Origin: Octopus vulgaris
Taxonomy: Eukaryota
Reading direction: 5' to 3'
Assembly (NCBI GenBank): GCA_951406725.2
Contig: OX597815.1
Location: 44,268,001 to 44,332,000, forward strand
DNA length: 64,000 nt
Of this stretch, positions 37,413-52,689 are shown piece by piece. The translations under genes were made by a program, and so were the position numbers. Positions within the stretch are counted from its first letter, which is position 1; the number at the start of each line of letters is the position of its first letter. Below the pieces are notes generated by a model, which was not told the DNA's origin, searched no databases, and worked only from the letters and a program-made list of their open reading frames with translations.

Positions 37413-38094
37413 TTAAAAAAACTTTGGAAGCGTTTAATGCCATTGGTATTTTGCAGACAAGAAAGTAAATTTCGAGCATAGTAAAGCTGTAAGATCAGCA
37501 GAGTCAGACTGGATATTTACCCCTATAAGGCGGTAAAAGAAGTTACTAGCAGGCGGCTACAGGTGTCAAAACCATACCGATTGAGCGCTTTAAGAATTAA
37601 TCTAAACGGTCCCTGCCAACAATTACTGTTCATTTTAATGCTAAATCATAGCTTTTCAAATCCGACATTTTATAAGCAAATTTTGGAAGCGAAATAGTTT
37701 CTTAGATGAGATAAATGAAAGTTGAATTGTGTGTCTGTCTCTATGACATACCCAAATATCTGCAGCACATTTAAACTTAGAAATTATGAGTTGGTTGTCT
37801 TACTACTTTAGTCTACCGGCCATTTCGCCTCACTTTACGCATTCATTTCTAAATGCACGCTTTTGTATGTTTTAACGGCGTCAAAAGTAGCACATATATT
37901 TTCATACATTTTCATATATTTTCATAAATTTTCATACATTATGAGTGCTAACTGACGAAACTTTGGCAGCTATTTTCTAATTCCGCTTTTCTTTTTCTTT
38001 GTGTGATAATTATTTGTTCATTACAAGTTCCATGCTTATTCATGTTGTTTATTATGCCTTCTCCTACCACTCTCAATGACAACAACAGCAACAA

Positions 38095-38670
38095 GTAGAG
38101 GCGCAATGGCCCAGTGGTTAGGACAGCGGACTCGCGATCGTAAGAACGCGGTTTCGATTCCCAGACCGGGCTTTGTGAGTGTTTATTTAGCAAAAATACC
38201 TAAGCTTCACGAGGCTCCGGCGGGGTGGTGGTGGTGAACCCCGCTGTACTCTTTCACCACAACTTTCTCTCACTCTTTCTTCCTACTTCTGCCACAAAGC
38301 AGGGGAACCATGGTGTAACCCACTAGGGTGTGGTAAACTTTCAGACCCTAGTCTAGATTGCGAATCCTCTGTACCCCAGGATGGTTCAGCTCTCCACCCG
38401 TTAAAAAAATCCCCCGTATACGGAATGAGGATAACAACGTAGCTTTCGCGCTCGTGCAACCGCCAGTCTATCGTGTGTGGTGGATGGATCTTCAAGTTGC
38501 TACAGGCATTCTTAGTAGCTTAGAGTAGGCTCGAATTAGAGATTATTCTTTGCGGCTAAGGGCGTGAGTCTTGATTGAAAGAAGAAGAAGAAGAAGAAGA
38601 AGAAGAAGAAGAAGAAGAAGAAGAAGAAGAAGAAGAAGAAGAAGAAGAAGAAGAAAAAGAAGAAGAAGAC
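38095..38670 (+). mobile_element. SINE family C, tail type 3 ending in (GAA)n
   Basis: Same head and core as 31364 but an unrelated 3' body. TSD acagcaacaa at 38085-38094 and 38671-38680. Confidence 0.85.
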
Positions 38671-39629
38671 ACAGCAACAACGACTACACACGGTCACAAC
38701 AATCAACAAGAATCCAGTCTAAGCCGCCAACACCACTAATATATTTATTAACGGAACTATCAATATCACGAGACAACGAGAATAGTCTACGTGGGGGTAA
38801 AAGTCGGAGTGTCATGGCTGGTCAGATTTCATTGCTGGTCATCTCAACCAGGGCTGCTCATTATGCTAAACTGCAATTAACGATACTAATCTCCAATAGT
38901 GACAACAACAACAACGCCATGTAGATAATATAGTAAGTTGTAAACATTTGATCAACTGAGGTTATCGAATGATTTTGTAAAAGAAAACTCCTTCTAGTGG
39001 GGTAAAACACAATCGAAATTCTTGGACTGTATAGATAGTACAGACAAGATCAGATCTTTAAAGTCAACAAGTGAAAACAATGAACATGTTTCAATGTTAT
39101 TACAGCTTTTCAGCTAAACATATACTGCTCGGTACTTAGTTTCGTCAGTGTATTATTCATCTAAAAAATATAATGGTTTTATTGTCTTAACAGTGACAGC
39201 CTTCTTTCTATCACTTCCACCACCATGTGAATTACAGTTCCCAAATAGACTTGATAATGTTATATCCCCTTCTTACGTGAAAATAAAACACGTTGGTAAG
39301 AGGTTTTGACGACTCACAATACATTAGTGACATTTACCTTATTGATGCACAGAAATTTAAAGTCGGTTTGTCTGGGATGGGAACCCAGAATGTACAGGGG
39401 ATTAGTTCACTTTAATGTTTTATCGTTTCTGTCAGCCTATCACATACATTGATGTAACTTTGAACTGGTTTGTAAACATAAGTTCACGGATTTATAACTA
39501 GAATAAATGAGAGTTTGTGATTTCATTCAGCAATTGATATTGATATCATTGTATTAAACATTTAATATTTATTTTCATTTTAAACATTTGATAATTATTT
39601 TGTATATTGTATAAAAGAAACAGAGGTGT

Positions 39630-39830
39630 AAATGGAGATGGTTTAGGGCTGACCTGAAGGAAACCAACATCTTGCATTATACTTCAAGCCCTGTCCTAAG
39701 GCCCACAAGGGAGACAGAAGAGAGAGCACCTTAAAAATAACTGGAGGCGGATTTCTGAAGCAGAGTTGAAAAAAGCAGGGATCCAACTGAAGGAAAGATG
39801 ACCAGTGCTCTATAGAGGTGAAGAGCAAAA
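39630..39830 (+). mobile_element. Old RTE LINE 3' fragment
   Basis: PQGRQKRE.LKNNWRR..EAELKKAG resembles RTE PxGxRxRGRPKxTWRR. Confidence 0.55.
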
Positions 39831-41307
39831 GTAGTACAGAAAAGAATATAGGAACTTGAATTATAATGGTGGTATATTGATTCCTGTATGGGTCAAACGT
39901 CGATATAACTCAGAAGGAGCTTATACTTACATTATAGATGCGCTAATCTAAACATTTTGAGATAATTAGTAAGCTTTCTAGTTTTGTCTGCCAGTAAACT
40001 ACTCTTCGCCTTTTATTCCAGGACTGAAAGACGAATTGCAGGCGCAAAATACCAAATCCATCAAATGACATCGTATTGAGATCATAACTATTTCTTTGAA
40101 GCTGTTAAGAAGAGAATAAAGGTAACTCAATTTCATTGCCCTCACTCAATAAATATGAGGTTTGTACTATTATAAGAAATTAGCGTTTGTACAACAGAGG
40201 CAATGAAGGATTGGCAATTAAATATTGCTCTCTTTGAATTTGCCTTCCATGGGTTAATAAATGTTTTTTTTAAATTGTAATATTTTACAGATATATATCT
40301 TACTTCATCTGAAATATATTAAGATTCTGTTAGTTCTCTGAAATATTAATCTTATACTTTCTCCTCACACATTAACATTTATATCAGTGGTAGAGATTGT
40401 TATACAACTAGAGTTTCAGTCAGTGGTTTCCACGACTAAGTATCAATAACTGTTTTTTTTTTTTATCATTTTACTTCAGGTAGTTACGCATTTAATTCAG
40501 GTTATGTCATGCTGATGACTTCTAAAAAGAATGAAATAGAGCTAGAAATTTTAAGAACTTCGTAATATGCATCTTCTCAGTTTCAAATTAAAACTTCTAG
40601 TCTCACCAAATATTATGAAGGAATCATTATTTCCCTTGTACTAATTGTCCACTTAGGGTCTCCAGGTGTTTACCTCTAACGGATTTTTTCTTTTTTTTCG
40701 ATAAAACCTTCATTATGGTTTACCATATTTTTTACCCAGAATATAGAAATTCGGCGCGAAACAGAGACGCATTTCAAAGATATATTGTAACTATCAAAGC
40801 AAAGCTTTTTGAAAATTAGTATTTTCCCTCATAGTAGCGATATGCTACAGAGCTTACAAGCTATTATTTATCATGAAATCTGTTCTCAAACACGGCGTCT
40901 TTTTCCATACTGAATGCGAATGTTTACCACTGAGAAACGAACGTGTTGCTATGTAATAAACAAAAAACAACAAATAAATAGACAAATAAGCAATTATGTA
41001 TTCTTCTCGGGTTATTTTCATTTAATGTAGCAAAGTATATTTGTTGAAGCCAATTTTGTTGTGTAAATCTAGAATGTCGAAAATAATGGTTGACAAGTGT
41101 CAAAACTATTGTCTAAAAATAGTTTAAGAGAAAAAAACACTTAAGGTGTACCAATCAATAGGAGTAATAATAGAACTTGGGTTTAAGAGAGAAAATTAAC
41201 AGGTGAAATTCATTGTTATTCAGAGAGGATCGATGTCAGGAGTGTCTGGCGGGATACAAGAAGCTGATTCCAAACCTGTATCTAATGTCAATACCTACAA
41301 AGTCGCA

Positions 41308-41352
<45 letters not shown>

Positions 41353-41516
41353 CATACACGCAAACATGCTCACGCCCACCAACAAACACACACATACACA
41401 CACACACACACACACACATATATACAGAAACACACACATATATGCAGAGATAGGTGGGAGGGATAGAGAATTAGAAAACTAAATTAGACACATTTACATT
41501 TACTCTCATATACATA

Positions 41517-41614
<98 letters not shown>

Positions 41615-41644
41615 TATCTGTATATATATATATATATATGTCTA

Positions 41645-41675
<31 letters not shown>

Positions 41676-42381
41676 CCCTACATACATACATACGTACATA
41701 CATACCTATATACATGCATGCATACATACGCATTAATTTACATTAATTTACATAATGCACATGTAGATTTAGATACATATATATATTTATGTATGATACC
41801 ACACACACAGACACGCACGCACATACACATACATATATGCAACGAAACATCCATAAACTAGAATCCTTAAAACAAGTATTATCCCATAGAGAGTTAGAAT
41901 TTCTGTGAAGGCCAATCTCGCGACAACAATGTTTAGAATAATATCAACAGCAAAACACCATAAACCAAGAAATACATATAATCTAATAATACATTTTTTT
42001 AAATAAAAGAATCACAGGAAGAGCCTATAATTTGTCCGAGCTGGAATTATTCATGCAAGTATGGAAGCTATTAGTGAAGCTGTTTTCGCGTGAAAAGAGA
42101 ATGCACAAACATCTTTGTTTTATATCTTATTAGATGTGACGTTATCGTCGTTGTAGTGGTAATATAAAATGTCGTTTAAGATAGGTGAGTAAAAGGAAAA
42201 TGACAATGTTAAATTTTTGCAATGCAAATATGTGAATGAAAATATAGTTTAGTTGGTAGCCAAAAGCCTACTGAATCTTTTGATATCCCATACGTCAAAA
42301 TCGGCAACTCGTTTTGTAATGTATAAGGAACATACGCGCACGCACACACACACAAACACACACAGATACAAACTCTTTTAT

Positions 42382-42446
<65 letters not shown>

Positions 42447-42537
42447 ATATACACATACATACATAAGCTTTATAGAAAACAAGTATACTAATAAATACAT
42501 GCATATATACATACATACATTATATACACACACACAT

Positions 42538-42570
<33 letters not shown>

Positions 42571-42579
42571 CATACATAG

Positions 42580-42610
<31 letters not shown>

Positions 42611-42712
42611 CATACATATATGTATGTATGTATATGTGTATGTATGTGTGTGTGCGAATATTTATGTATACATACACAGATACACACACATATAATACAG
42701 AGAGAGAGAAAG

Positions 42713-42767
<55 letters not shown>

Positions 42768-44169
42768 GGAAGAGAGATTACTAAAAATGGAGATAACGTA
42801 ATTGGTATTTTAACACTTATAAAATATACGCGTTTCAGTAAATCAAGTGACAAGATAACACAATCGTTTGCCAAATTTCGTAATCCTATCGAGATATTTC
42901 TTTAGTGCTTTCACCAAAAAGTACGAAGTAGAATGTTAAGTTTGTTCAACATATATTGCTGTTATCAAAATTACCTGCAATATAAATGGTGTTGCAGAAC
43001 AAAGGCTAACAGATTGCTAAATAGTAGGGCGGTGGAAAGGAAAATACAAACGGTGTGTGCGAGGAAGCCGGCGGAGACCACGTCCTCTCTTACGTATTTT
43101 GCAGGAACATATACACAGATACATAAACACTCACAACTGTTCATCACCATATAGCCCTGTTCGAGGATTTCGGGACGATCTCCGTATAAAACGAGATTTC
43201 TAAATGATTTGACCAGATCGCCCATGATTGTCGAATCTGGGATAATCGGCGTGACTCTGGAGGCTGTATGCTGTCCCCAGTGGGGCACGGGCTTTGGCCA
43301 GATTGATTTTATATCCCATATGTATGCGTGTGTGTGTGTGCATGTATATATATATGTATGTGTGTGTGTGTGCATGTATATATATATGTATGTGTGTGTG
43401 TGTATACACACGCACACACTCACACATATGCACACTAGTAAGTTAATAAATGAAAGTAGCAGTAAGCACAAATATATATTCGTATGCATGTGTGTAGACA
43501 CACACACACACTCACATACACACACATACAGACACATGCACACACACACACACACAAATATACATCCACGTGCATATGCGTCTGCGTATATCTACCATAT
43601 ACAAGAATTGTAGTTATACACGCTGACACTTACTTTGCGGAAGGGCTCGGCCTTAACGCATGTCAATACAACATGGGTGGCCTGACAAGTATCCCGCTTT
43701 TGTAGGCATATACTTAGCAATTGACTTTCTATTTTTACTCAGCCCCAGAATACACATAGGAGGTAAAGTGTAATAAGAAACAAAATGCACACATTTATGC
43801 AAATCAGTTACACACACAACACGCACACAGACACGTGCGCACTCACACACACAAACATATATGCACATGCTTTACACATAAATGTAGCCACTACCACACA
43901 ATATATATATACCTACGTGGAATAAAACTTTGTTTTATAGATATATATATATTTTACTCTTTTACTTGTTTCAGTCATTTTGACTGTGGCCATGCAGAAG
44001 CACCGCCATTTAGTCAAAGAAATCTACTCCTGAACTTATTCTTTGTAAGCCTGGTACTTATTCCATCGTTTTTTTTTTTTGCCGAACCGCTAGATAACGG
44101 GGGCGTAAACACACTGACATCAGTTATCAAGCCATGGTGGAGGGATAAACACAGACACAAAATACAAAT

Positions 44170-44228
<59 letters not shown>

Positions 44229-44250
44229 TGACACACACATAATTCAAAAC

Positions 44251-44299
<49 letters not shown>

Positions 44300-44302
<3 letters not shown>

Positions 44303-44390
44303 CTTCGTTCCTAGAAGGGAAAGAACTAGATTGGGATTAGTCGTTGCTTACTAGGGGCTCTTCCATACCCGGCAACGCGTATGCTGCTAG
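44300..44390 (+). mobile_element. Possible Helitron 3' terminus
   Basis: Subterminal hairpin catac-ccggcaacgc-gtatg followed by ctgCTAG-t. Confidence 0.45.
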
Positions 44391-44501
<111 letters not shown>

Positions 44502-44599
44502 TCATTCGTGGCAATAGAGACGACAATGAAAAAGAGAAAACAAGGTAAATGTAGAAATGGAGAATTGTGAAACGAATATAGAGATATGAAAGACTTAAT

Positions 44600-44668
<69 letters not shown>

Positions 44669-44671
44669 TGT

Positions 44672-44705
<34 letters not shown>

Positions 44706-46806
44706 CAGACTGAGAAAAACGATCTCTAATGGAGAATATGCATGCATATACACACATATTCACATACAGAAACATATATGAACCCCGCACAGAATATTAC
44801 ACCCAAAAAAGTGAAATGCTCACGCACTCACATACAAATGCATGCACACACATAGACACAGAGAAGCACAAACACTCAAATACAAACACAGGCACACAAT
44901 GAACGCATAAATACTACGCACGCGAAAACACACGCACCTTAACACCCAATCTGCCCTTCAGACACACCTGCCACGAACATTCACGAAACTACAATTGTAA
45001 ACATGTGCCTGGATTTTACATACAACTTGAAATACGGAACATTCACATTGTCAGCTGACGACTAGAGTTCACGAAGATTTGAGCACTCTCCTACAATATC
45101 GCTCGAGATTCGTTTTGGTATAAATAGAACGACGCTTTGTCTTTTGTTATATATGCAGTCCGTATATCAAACCAGGTGCAGCAATAAGTACTCCAACCAA
45201 GCAGCAAACGATTTCGTTTTACTGCTCGTCTTATTTTGTTCTTCGATCTCTGGTTTGTTCTTTCTCTCACATGCTTCCACCATCTTGTTTTATTACTTGT
45301 TAAGGATTTGTTCTGTGTTCTCAGTTGTAGGCTGAGACAACCTCAGTTGTCTCGACACATTGTTTATTATCATCCAATCCATGGACACGATTTGATCATG
45401 TGATGTTGATTATTTAAGCTTACGTAGATTCGTCCGGAGAAAACACATTATAGGTGACATACGTAGATATATATATATATATATATATCGACTCACTGTT
45501 GTGGATTGGCTCCTGTTCACCTTAGCACCCATACTGTGGTAAGGACAGTTCATTTTTGCCTAGTGGGAAAACTGAAGTTACAATTCGCCACTGCGTACTT
45601 CAGTTTCGAATTGTTGTGATATTTAGTTCTTTCATTTTACAAAGTTATATTCCGAATACAATATTATTCATCTTACCTTATACCATAGTCTTTCGTCCTC
45701 ATATGCATCTGCAATGTCCTTGATGAAGGATTTTCTGTTTCCATCAAGAATTTGTTAATTACTGCGCTGCTATCTTTCCGAAATCTATTTTCAGCCAGAT
45801 AAGACATTAAGAAGAGCTACAAACTCACGACACCCTATCGCCACATGAACCACCATGCTTTGTCATTCCTTGTCCCCTTAGTCCGTCATAATTGCTCTCC
45901 AAATTGACTTCTCGAAGTATATCTAGCTCATGTCATAAGACGAAGCATGGCTTTATTATTGGTGTAAAATTTTGACACGAGGCCAGCAGTTTAAGGGAAA
46001 GGGCCAAGTCGATTACATAGACTACAGTTTTCAACTGGTACTTATTTTATCGATCCCGAAAGGGATAAAAAGCAAAGTCAACCTCGGCGGAATTCTAACT
46101 CAGAACGTAGAGACAAACGAAATGCCGCTAAGCATCTTAGCTGGTGCGTTAACGATTCTGCCAGCTCGCGGCCTTGTATAGCTTTACTGCTACAATATGA
46201 ATTAAGAACACAAATGTTTTCTTCAAATACAACTGCATTTTTCAATAATTCAGAGCACCCACATTCTGGGTCTCGATTCTCCTTTGTTTACGCTCTTATA
46301 TTGTGACAACAGCATTCACTTTGTGGAAAACAGCTTTATAGTAAGGCGGCGAACTGGCACAGTCGTTAGCACGCCAGGCTAAATGCTCAGCAGCATTTTG
46401 TCAGTCATTACGCTGTGAGTTCAAATTTTGCTGAGGTTGACTTTGCCTTTCATTCTTTCGAGGGCGATAAAATATATACTAGTTGATCACTGAGGTCGAT
46501 GTAATTTTGGTACAAGGTCAGTAATTTGAAACCAATTACAGTTTTATAGAACTACAAAACTGAGACACATTGTCAGATATACTCTGTAGGCGAAGAATGT
46601 TGAAGCACACTGCAACGCGGTATAACTTCCACACCGTTGAGGTTATGCGGTTATGTCATTTCTACTGTTGTACAATAACACGACACTCTCATTGTCTATG
46701 GAAACAAATCGTACAACGCAATTAGGTTATCAAATTGAAACAGTATTGACTGAAATTTCTTCAACATACTTCGGTATATTTACTTTACTCAACTCTGACA
46801 TTAGTC

Positions 46807-47135
46807 CAGTTGTTCTCATCCGAGGTCCACATGTCCCCTCAGGGTCCATATAAGGTTTTGGAGTAAATTGGAGTCCACAATAGTATTTTAAGGGCCTCTG
46901 AAAAAATTTTGCTTTAGATACATTTATAAGTATGTATTGCGGGAAACAGATTTTGTTCTCTAACATATCACATCGTTCAACCTACACAAGTTAATGTGTG
47001 AGAAACAAAATAGGTATCTTAAAAGAAATTCCTGTAAAACTAATTTTTAAAACATCGAATGGTTACGGAGAATCCACCAGAGGAAAGCAGTAAACAAAGA
47101 AGTCCAAAGAAAAAGAAAATGGTTGAGAACCCCTG
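46807..47135. mobile_element. hAT (Charlie-like) MITE
   Basis: TIRs cagttgttctcatcc / ggttgagaacccctg. Perfect 8-bp TSD cattagtc at 46799-46806 and 47136-47143. Confidence 0.88.
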
Positions 47136-47674
47136 CATTAGTCATACGATTTCCTTTTTTCGAAGTGATTGCACTATATTTCTGTAAAATGGTGTCAATC
47201 AAATAAATTTCAAGAAATTGAAAAAATAATTTCAGATCTGCACAGTCTATAGATAATAATTGGTGTAAAGATTTGTTTTTTTTTTTATCGCTGGTTTTAA
47301 ATCAAACTATGCCTTTCGAGACAAATGTCTGAACTTTTTTGGTTTTTGTTTGCTTAGAACAAGTGTTCAGTTGATAATTAAGTCCATCAATTGATCATAT
47401 TTTCTAACAATAGGCAAATTTGACTTGGTGACGTTAAACATATCCGATTATGCCAATTATAGGTCACTACAAAAGACACTGTTGTCTGGTCTTGAATCCC
47501 TCGTATTTTGGATTGCTCGAAGTTATTCTGAAGGTATGCGTTTTGCCCGATCTATACCATTTTGTAGAAGTAGGGGTGCAAAACGAAAAGAAATAAAACA
47601 AATATATAGTATATAAATATACATAAATATATATGTATATGTGTGTCTATGTGTGTATGTGTGTGTGTTTGTTT

Positions 47675-47739
<65 letters not shown>

Positions 47740-48399
47740 GGAATACTTGAAGAGTGAGATTGTGTGTAAGAGTATTGTGTCTGTGTGTGTACGTTGCATA
47801 TTACAAATATTTTTGAGCCATTGTGTTCTGACATTCCCTTAATCTCTCGCTCTCTCCCCTCTCTCTCCCTTCTCTTTTTATCTCTCTTTCACTTTAGATC
47901 TTGTATAACTTTTTTATTCACTTCATATCGTAATTGACGCCTCTTACTAAAAGTAATGAACTGTATACCAATAATCATAAGGACACACTCGAAAAAGAAA
48001 AATGAGAATTTGGGGACACTTGTTTACCAGTTGAATATCTGCCTTGTTATAACATTCCTTCAGTACTGAGTGAATGTCAGTGGACTGCGTTTTTGACACG
48101 GCAACGAAGAAGAACAAAAATAAAAACGCGTGTCTAACCAGTATATATATGTTGTAAACTATAGCCCTTTGACCAAATTGACACGTGACTAGCGGTTGTG
48201 ATAACTGAGTTACATAAACAGCACTGGTAGTATTATACACCTTCGATGTACGTGTATGTGGTTTATTACGTGTGTGTATATATGTAAGTTTGTTTATGTA
48301 TGAACGTATGTGTGTGTGTACGTGTATGATTTGAAATAGAAGCAAAATAGTCATACATACACGAACGATAGAAATCAATCTCTGATTATCTTTTATACT

Positions 48400-48621
48400 C
48401 TTACTCTTTTACTCTTTTACTTGTTTCAGTCATTTGACTGCGGCCATGCTGGAGCACCACCTTTAATCGAGCAACTCGACCCCGGGACTTATTCTTTGTA
48501 AGCCCAGTACTTATTCTATCGGTCTCTTTTGCTGAACTGCTAAGTGACGGGGACGTAAACACACCAGCATCGGTTGTCAAGCAATGCTAGGGGAACAAAC
48601 ACAGACGCACAAACACATACA

Positions 48622-48679
<58 letters not shown>

Positions 48680-48842
48680 TACGAGGCTTCTTTCAGTTTC
48701 CGTCTACCAAATCCACTCACAAGGCATTGGTCGGCCCGGGGCTATAGCAGAAGACACTTGCTCAAGATGCCACGCAGTGGGACTGAACCCGGAACCATGT
48801 GGTTGGTAAGCAAGCTACTTACCACACAGCCACTCCTGCGCC
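48400..48842 (-). mobile_element. SINE family A, full length
   Basis: Reverse complement match including head and (AGTAAAAG)n tail. Confidence 0.92.
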
Positions 48843-49155
48843 TTATGGGTATTTTATATAAATAACATTGCTAAAACTGCATCCCATTAACTTGCCTTGG
48901 TGTTCATTCTTCAGTCTTCAAGTTGCCGACTCTCTACATAATTATTTACATGCACATCATAAATTATATTCAGCAGGACGTCATTTGGCTGGTTGTCAAA
49001 AACTTTCTGATCGTTACACTACAATCACTGGCCCACATATACGTGTCCTCCTTTTTTCCTGCGCCAACGACCGCTACTACTAATGCTATTGTTGACCTGA
49101 AAGCCACACATCACCTCTTTCCATGGTCAACTGACATCTCTCCTCATAGATATTA

Positions 49156-49348
49156 CTGTATTTTCCGGCACACAAGTCGACGTAGAATCTAGTGTAAACA
49201 TTCAAATATTGTCACTATCTTTCTAAATTCTGCTGCACTTCACATGGAATTTTTGTTCCTCTAAAGCTGTCGTCGTATGTAAGGCAACCTACCTTTACTA
49301 GCTATAAATTTTGATCTGAAAAATTCGACTTGTATGCCGGAAAATAGG
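49156..49348. mobile_element. Tc1/mariner-superfamily (pogo/Tc2-like) MITE
   Basis: TA-ctgtattttccggcacacaagtcga / tcgacttgtatgccggaaaatagg TIRs. Confidence 0.75.
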
Positions 49349-49817
49349 CATATCTTCTCTGAATATCCTATTTTAAACACTTTCTGAGCCTCTCTCCATA
49401 AAACTGTCACCGTTTTTTTCTCATGTTTAACCTTGAGGTTAATGCATGCAGGAAATAAAATTACAGAATCCCAGACTAAACATCAAGAGCATAGATCCAA
49501 CCGTTTACAAATACAGTAAAATATTGTGGTCGATGCGTCTTTTACAAATAAATAACTACTCAATAAAAAACGTGTGTCATTCGGTAAATATAATCCAGCT
49601 ATGATTCTTCGTGTTGTTCTCTCTGTACTTCATCAAGAAGAGAAAGTAGAATGGGTTGGCGCACAGGCAGGTGAATATTATGTTTTGGGTTTTTTTTTTT
49701 TAATTCTCTCTGTACTTCAACATATGCAAAAGCTAAAATCAGTTGTCATACAGGGCTACTTACAATTATTAAGCAATGGTTGGACAGCAAGTTATTAGAT
49801 AAGACGAAACAGTTCTA

Positions 49818-51554
49818 GGTAAATTTCACTACGGTAAATTTCACTACAAGTAATACGAATATATTTTAGATCACATTTTATTCACACATTAAGAGAAAAA
49901 TGATGGCTAGTACATAAAAATACATAAATTATATGAATACATTTTAGCTCACATTTTATTCACATAAAAATGATGGCAAATACATAAAAATAAAGTTATG
50001 AAAAAAATGCTTAATACATTTGGAGAAAATTCTTTTATGACAAATTGCGTGCAATAGTTCTTAAAAATTGCAGAGCGTTTTCAGATTGATAATTCTCAAC
50101 TAGCTTCTTTAGTCGTGCATCAATCATTTCATAGGACTTCTTTTGCTGTTGTCGAGAGTGCGCAATTTTCGTCTGGCTTAAGCCTTCTTCGGTCTTAACA
50201 GCATTGCAAAGTTCCCACAAATTTGGATGTATGGATGTTATCGATGACCGCAAAGCATTGTGGAACCCTTCTCCCGAACTATTTGGTCTTGGCAAGTCAT
50301 TTAAAATGTGGTCGTGTATATTCCAAAGTTGGATAGGAAATTGTGGGGTCTCTCTTCGTCGATGAAAATTGTGTACCCTTACAGTCCTAATGTATGAAAT
50401 CTGAAAATAAGTGATAAATTCAAAAGGGATGCTTTCATCATCAGACAAATCTTCACATCCATTGACGTCTTCAATTGGTAAAAATGTTAAAGCGCAGAAA
50501 CACTTAATTTTAAACTGAAAACTTTCATTCGTGTTGTATCTCCTACTCTCACCAAGTGCACATATCTTCCGCCAAATACACTGTCCGTGATAAAAAAATA
50601 CACCAAACTACTTCTAAATGCAGAAATACAGAAGCATATGAATTATTGAGAGCTTTTTCAAAGTCCATGAGACAGGTAGCAAGTCGACAAATTATCCTTA
50701 AATCCAGCAAAGCAGACAGAAAATTATATGAGGCTTCTTTTTAGTCAGGAAATAAGGTAAATAGCCTGGGCACGCGTGAAAAGCTGACACCACAAACTAG
50801 AAGATACCTTAAAAGTCCCATCACAGGCCCAATTTTCAGAGCTTTCTAGAACATCCAAACCTTTTTCTGAGGAAAAACTAAAATTCTGTCCGAGTCATCA
50901 CTGCCACTGTCCAAGACCAAAAAAATATAAAGGACCTGTTTTCTACGTACTTAACTGCATCAGGAATTTCAAACCCTGAAAGAGAAATTGGAAGTACTGG
51001 GATTCTTAAAATATGTTGCCTCCAGTTACGTATGTTACATGAAAGTCCAGGAATAGTTTGCAACAATGATTGTGCTTCTTCATCGAAATTTTGTACAGTG
51101 AAGATACTGTGCCCGTTCACATGACTTCACCTTTCATTGAATTAACAGCCTTTTGGGCATTAACGTGTGCACTGCTTGCTGAGTGATTATGGGAGCCCGT
51201 TGAAAAGATAACTTCTGGTATACTGGAGTTGTAAGTTGTATGTAGTCTAGCCTGGCAACCTTTGTAAAGAACGTTTACAACGCCAATATATTTTTGTTTT
51301 GCTACTGTTAACTCCATTCTTTTCGTATATATGATTCTCTTCGTCGCAAAGCTTACGTTTTTTCTTCTCTGATGTTATAAATATTGCCATAGTTGAGGGT
51401 TTCAAAGTTAAACTGAATAGAACGAGTAACAATGGCATATACTTATAATACTTTAACTTTAACATATACCTATACTTTAATTAGTTGAGGGCGTGTGTAA
51501 TTAGTTTTCTATAGACCGTTTACTGTAGTTGAATTTACCTTAGTGGAATATACC
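49818..51554 (-). mobile_element. Mutator-like (MULE) DNA transposon, full-length relic
   Basis: TIRs built of tandem 15-mers (ggtaaatttcactac)2 / gtagttgaatttaccttagtggaatatacc enclose a transposase pseudogene. Confidence 0.85.
50035..51390 (-). pseudogene. MULE transposase pseudogene with an N-terminal FLYWCH/WRKY-like zinc finger
   Basis: IYWRC..KGCQARLHT..HNH; NWACDGTFKV; MDFEKA; GVFFYH; FPIQLWN..LPRPNSSGEGFHN..HPNLW. Multiple frameshifts. Confidence 0.88.
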
Positions 51555-52217
51555 GCAGATTAGGTGACTATGCAGAGGGTCCAATATTTATTCAATAAAA
51601 CTCCAAATTTGAAATATAATGTATCGCAGTACGAGCAATCAGTTATGTTCAAAACATCATAAGATGAAAGAGACATATTGCTTGATTAACTCCTGCAGTT
51701 TTGCTTTTGAAGAAGCGTTCTATTCCTTGGTAACTATCTCCTTCTGTTGTGAGCTTTTATAGAACTGTTATTATCAAGTGTTGGGTGGATCCAGTTTTCA
51801 ACTGCTGTTGTGACTCAAGTTCACACGAAGCTTCGTACCTCGACTACAGTATTCGCATTGTAGTCAATACTTCTGAGAAAATTAAGAACTCTATAAAATA
51901 CTATATCCTCCCCACAAGAAAACGTTGTTATCAACAGCGTCGTTGTTCTTTTTATTAGCTATTCTAAACTGGGATGAAGCCAGTAACACTAGAGCAACAA
52001 AAGTAAAAGTATGAAATGGCAGCGCCTATTACACCTATTAAAGGACTACAATAGCAGGACAGAGGAGGAAGATTCTTCAGGAAGGAGAGCTTGCCCAGTT
52101 GCTTACAACAGGTTGAATTCATTAAAGTTCAAATGTAGTTAGTTGTTACGAGAAGCATTCCAGAAGTTTCGAGTTTTATCAGATTATTATAAATTTAATA
52201 TATCATTACTACTATAA

Positions 52218-52613
52218 GGCGGCGAGCTGGCAGAAACGTTAGCGCGCCGGGCGAAATGCTTAGCGGTATTTCGTCTGCCGCTAAGTTCTGAGCTCAAATT
52301 CCGCCGAAGTCGACTTTGCCTTTCATCTTTTCGGGCTCGATAAATTAAGTACCAGTTACGCACTGCGGTCGATGTAATCGACTTAATCCCTTTGTCTGTC
52401 ACTGTTTGTCCTCTCTGTGTGTAGCCCCCTGTGGGTAGTAAAGAAATAGGTATTTCGTCCGTCGCTATGTTCTGAGTTCAAATTCAGCTGAGGTCGACTT
52501 TGCTTTTCATCCTTTTGTGCTCGATAAATTAAGTACCAGTTGCGTACTGGTGTCGATCTAGTCGATTGGTGCCCTCCCACAAAATTTCGGGCCTTGTGCC
52601 TAGAGTAGAAAAG
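52218..52613 (+). mobile_element. SINE family B dimer
   Basis: Junction aaagaaata|ggtatttcgtc near 52440. Flanking repeat aatatatcattac at 52197-52209 and 52614-52626. Confidence 0.9.
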
Positions 52614-52689
52614 AATATATCATTACATTTAATAAGCTGACCGGCCAACTTTTGTTCTTCCAGATTGAAGGAGACGGCTGTAACAACAG

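Noticed and set aside
42960-43320. GC-richer island with a possible minus-strand donor (cag|gtaatt near 42975) and a segment resembling a hAT end
   Set aside because: No matching acceptor or partner TIR could be fixed, so it is not callable.
49808-51563. 9-bp TSD around the MULE
   Set aside because: The flanks (acagttcta / gcagattag) are too dissimilar to claim.
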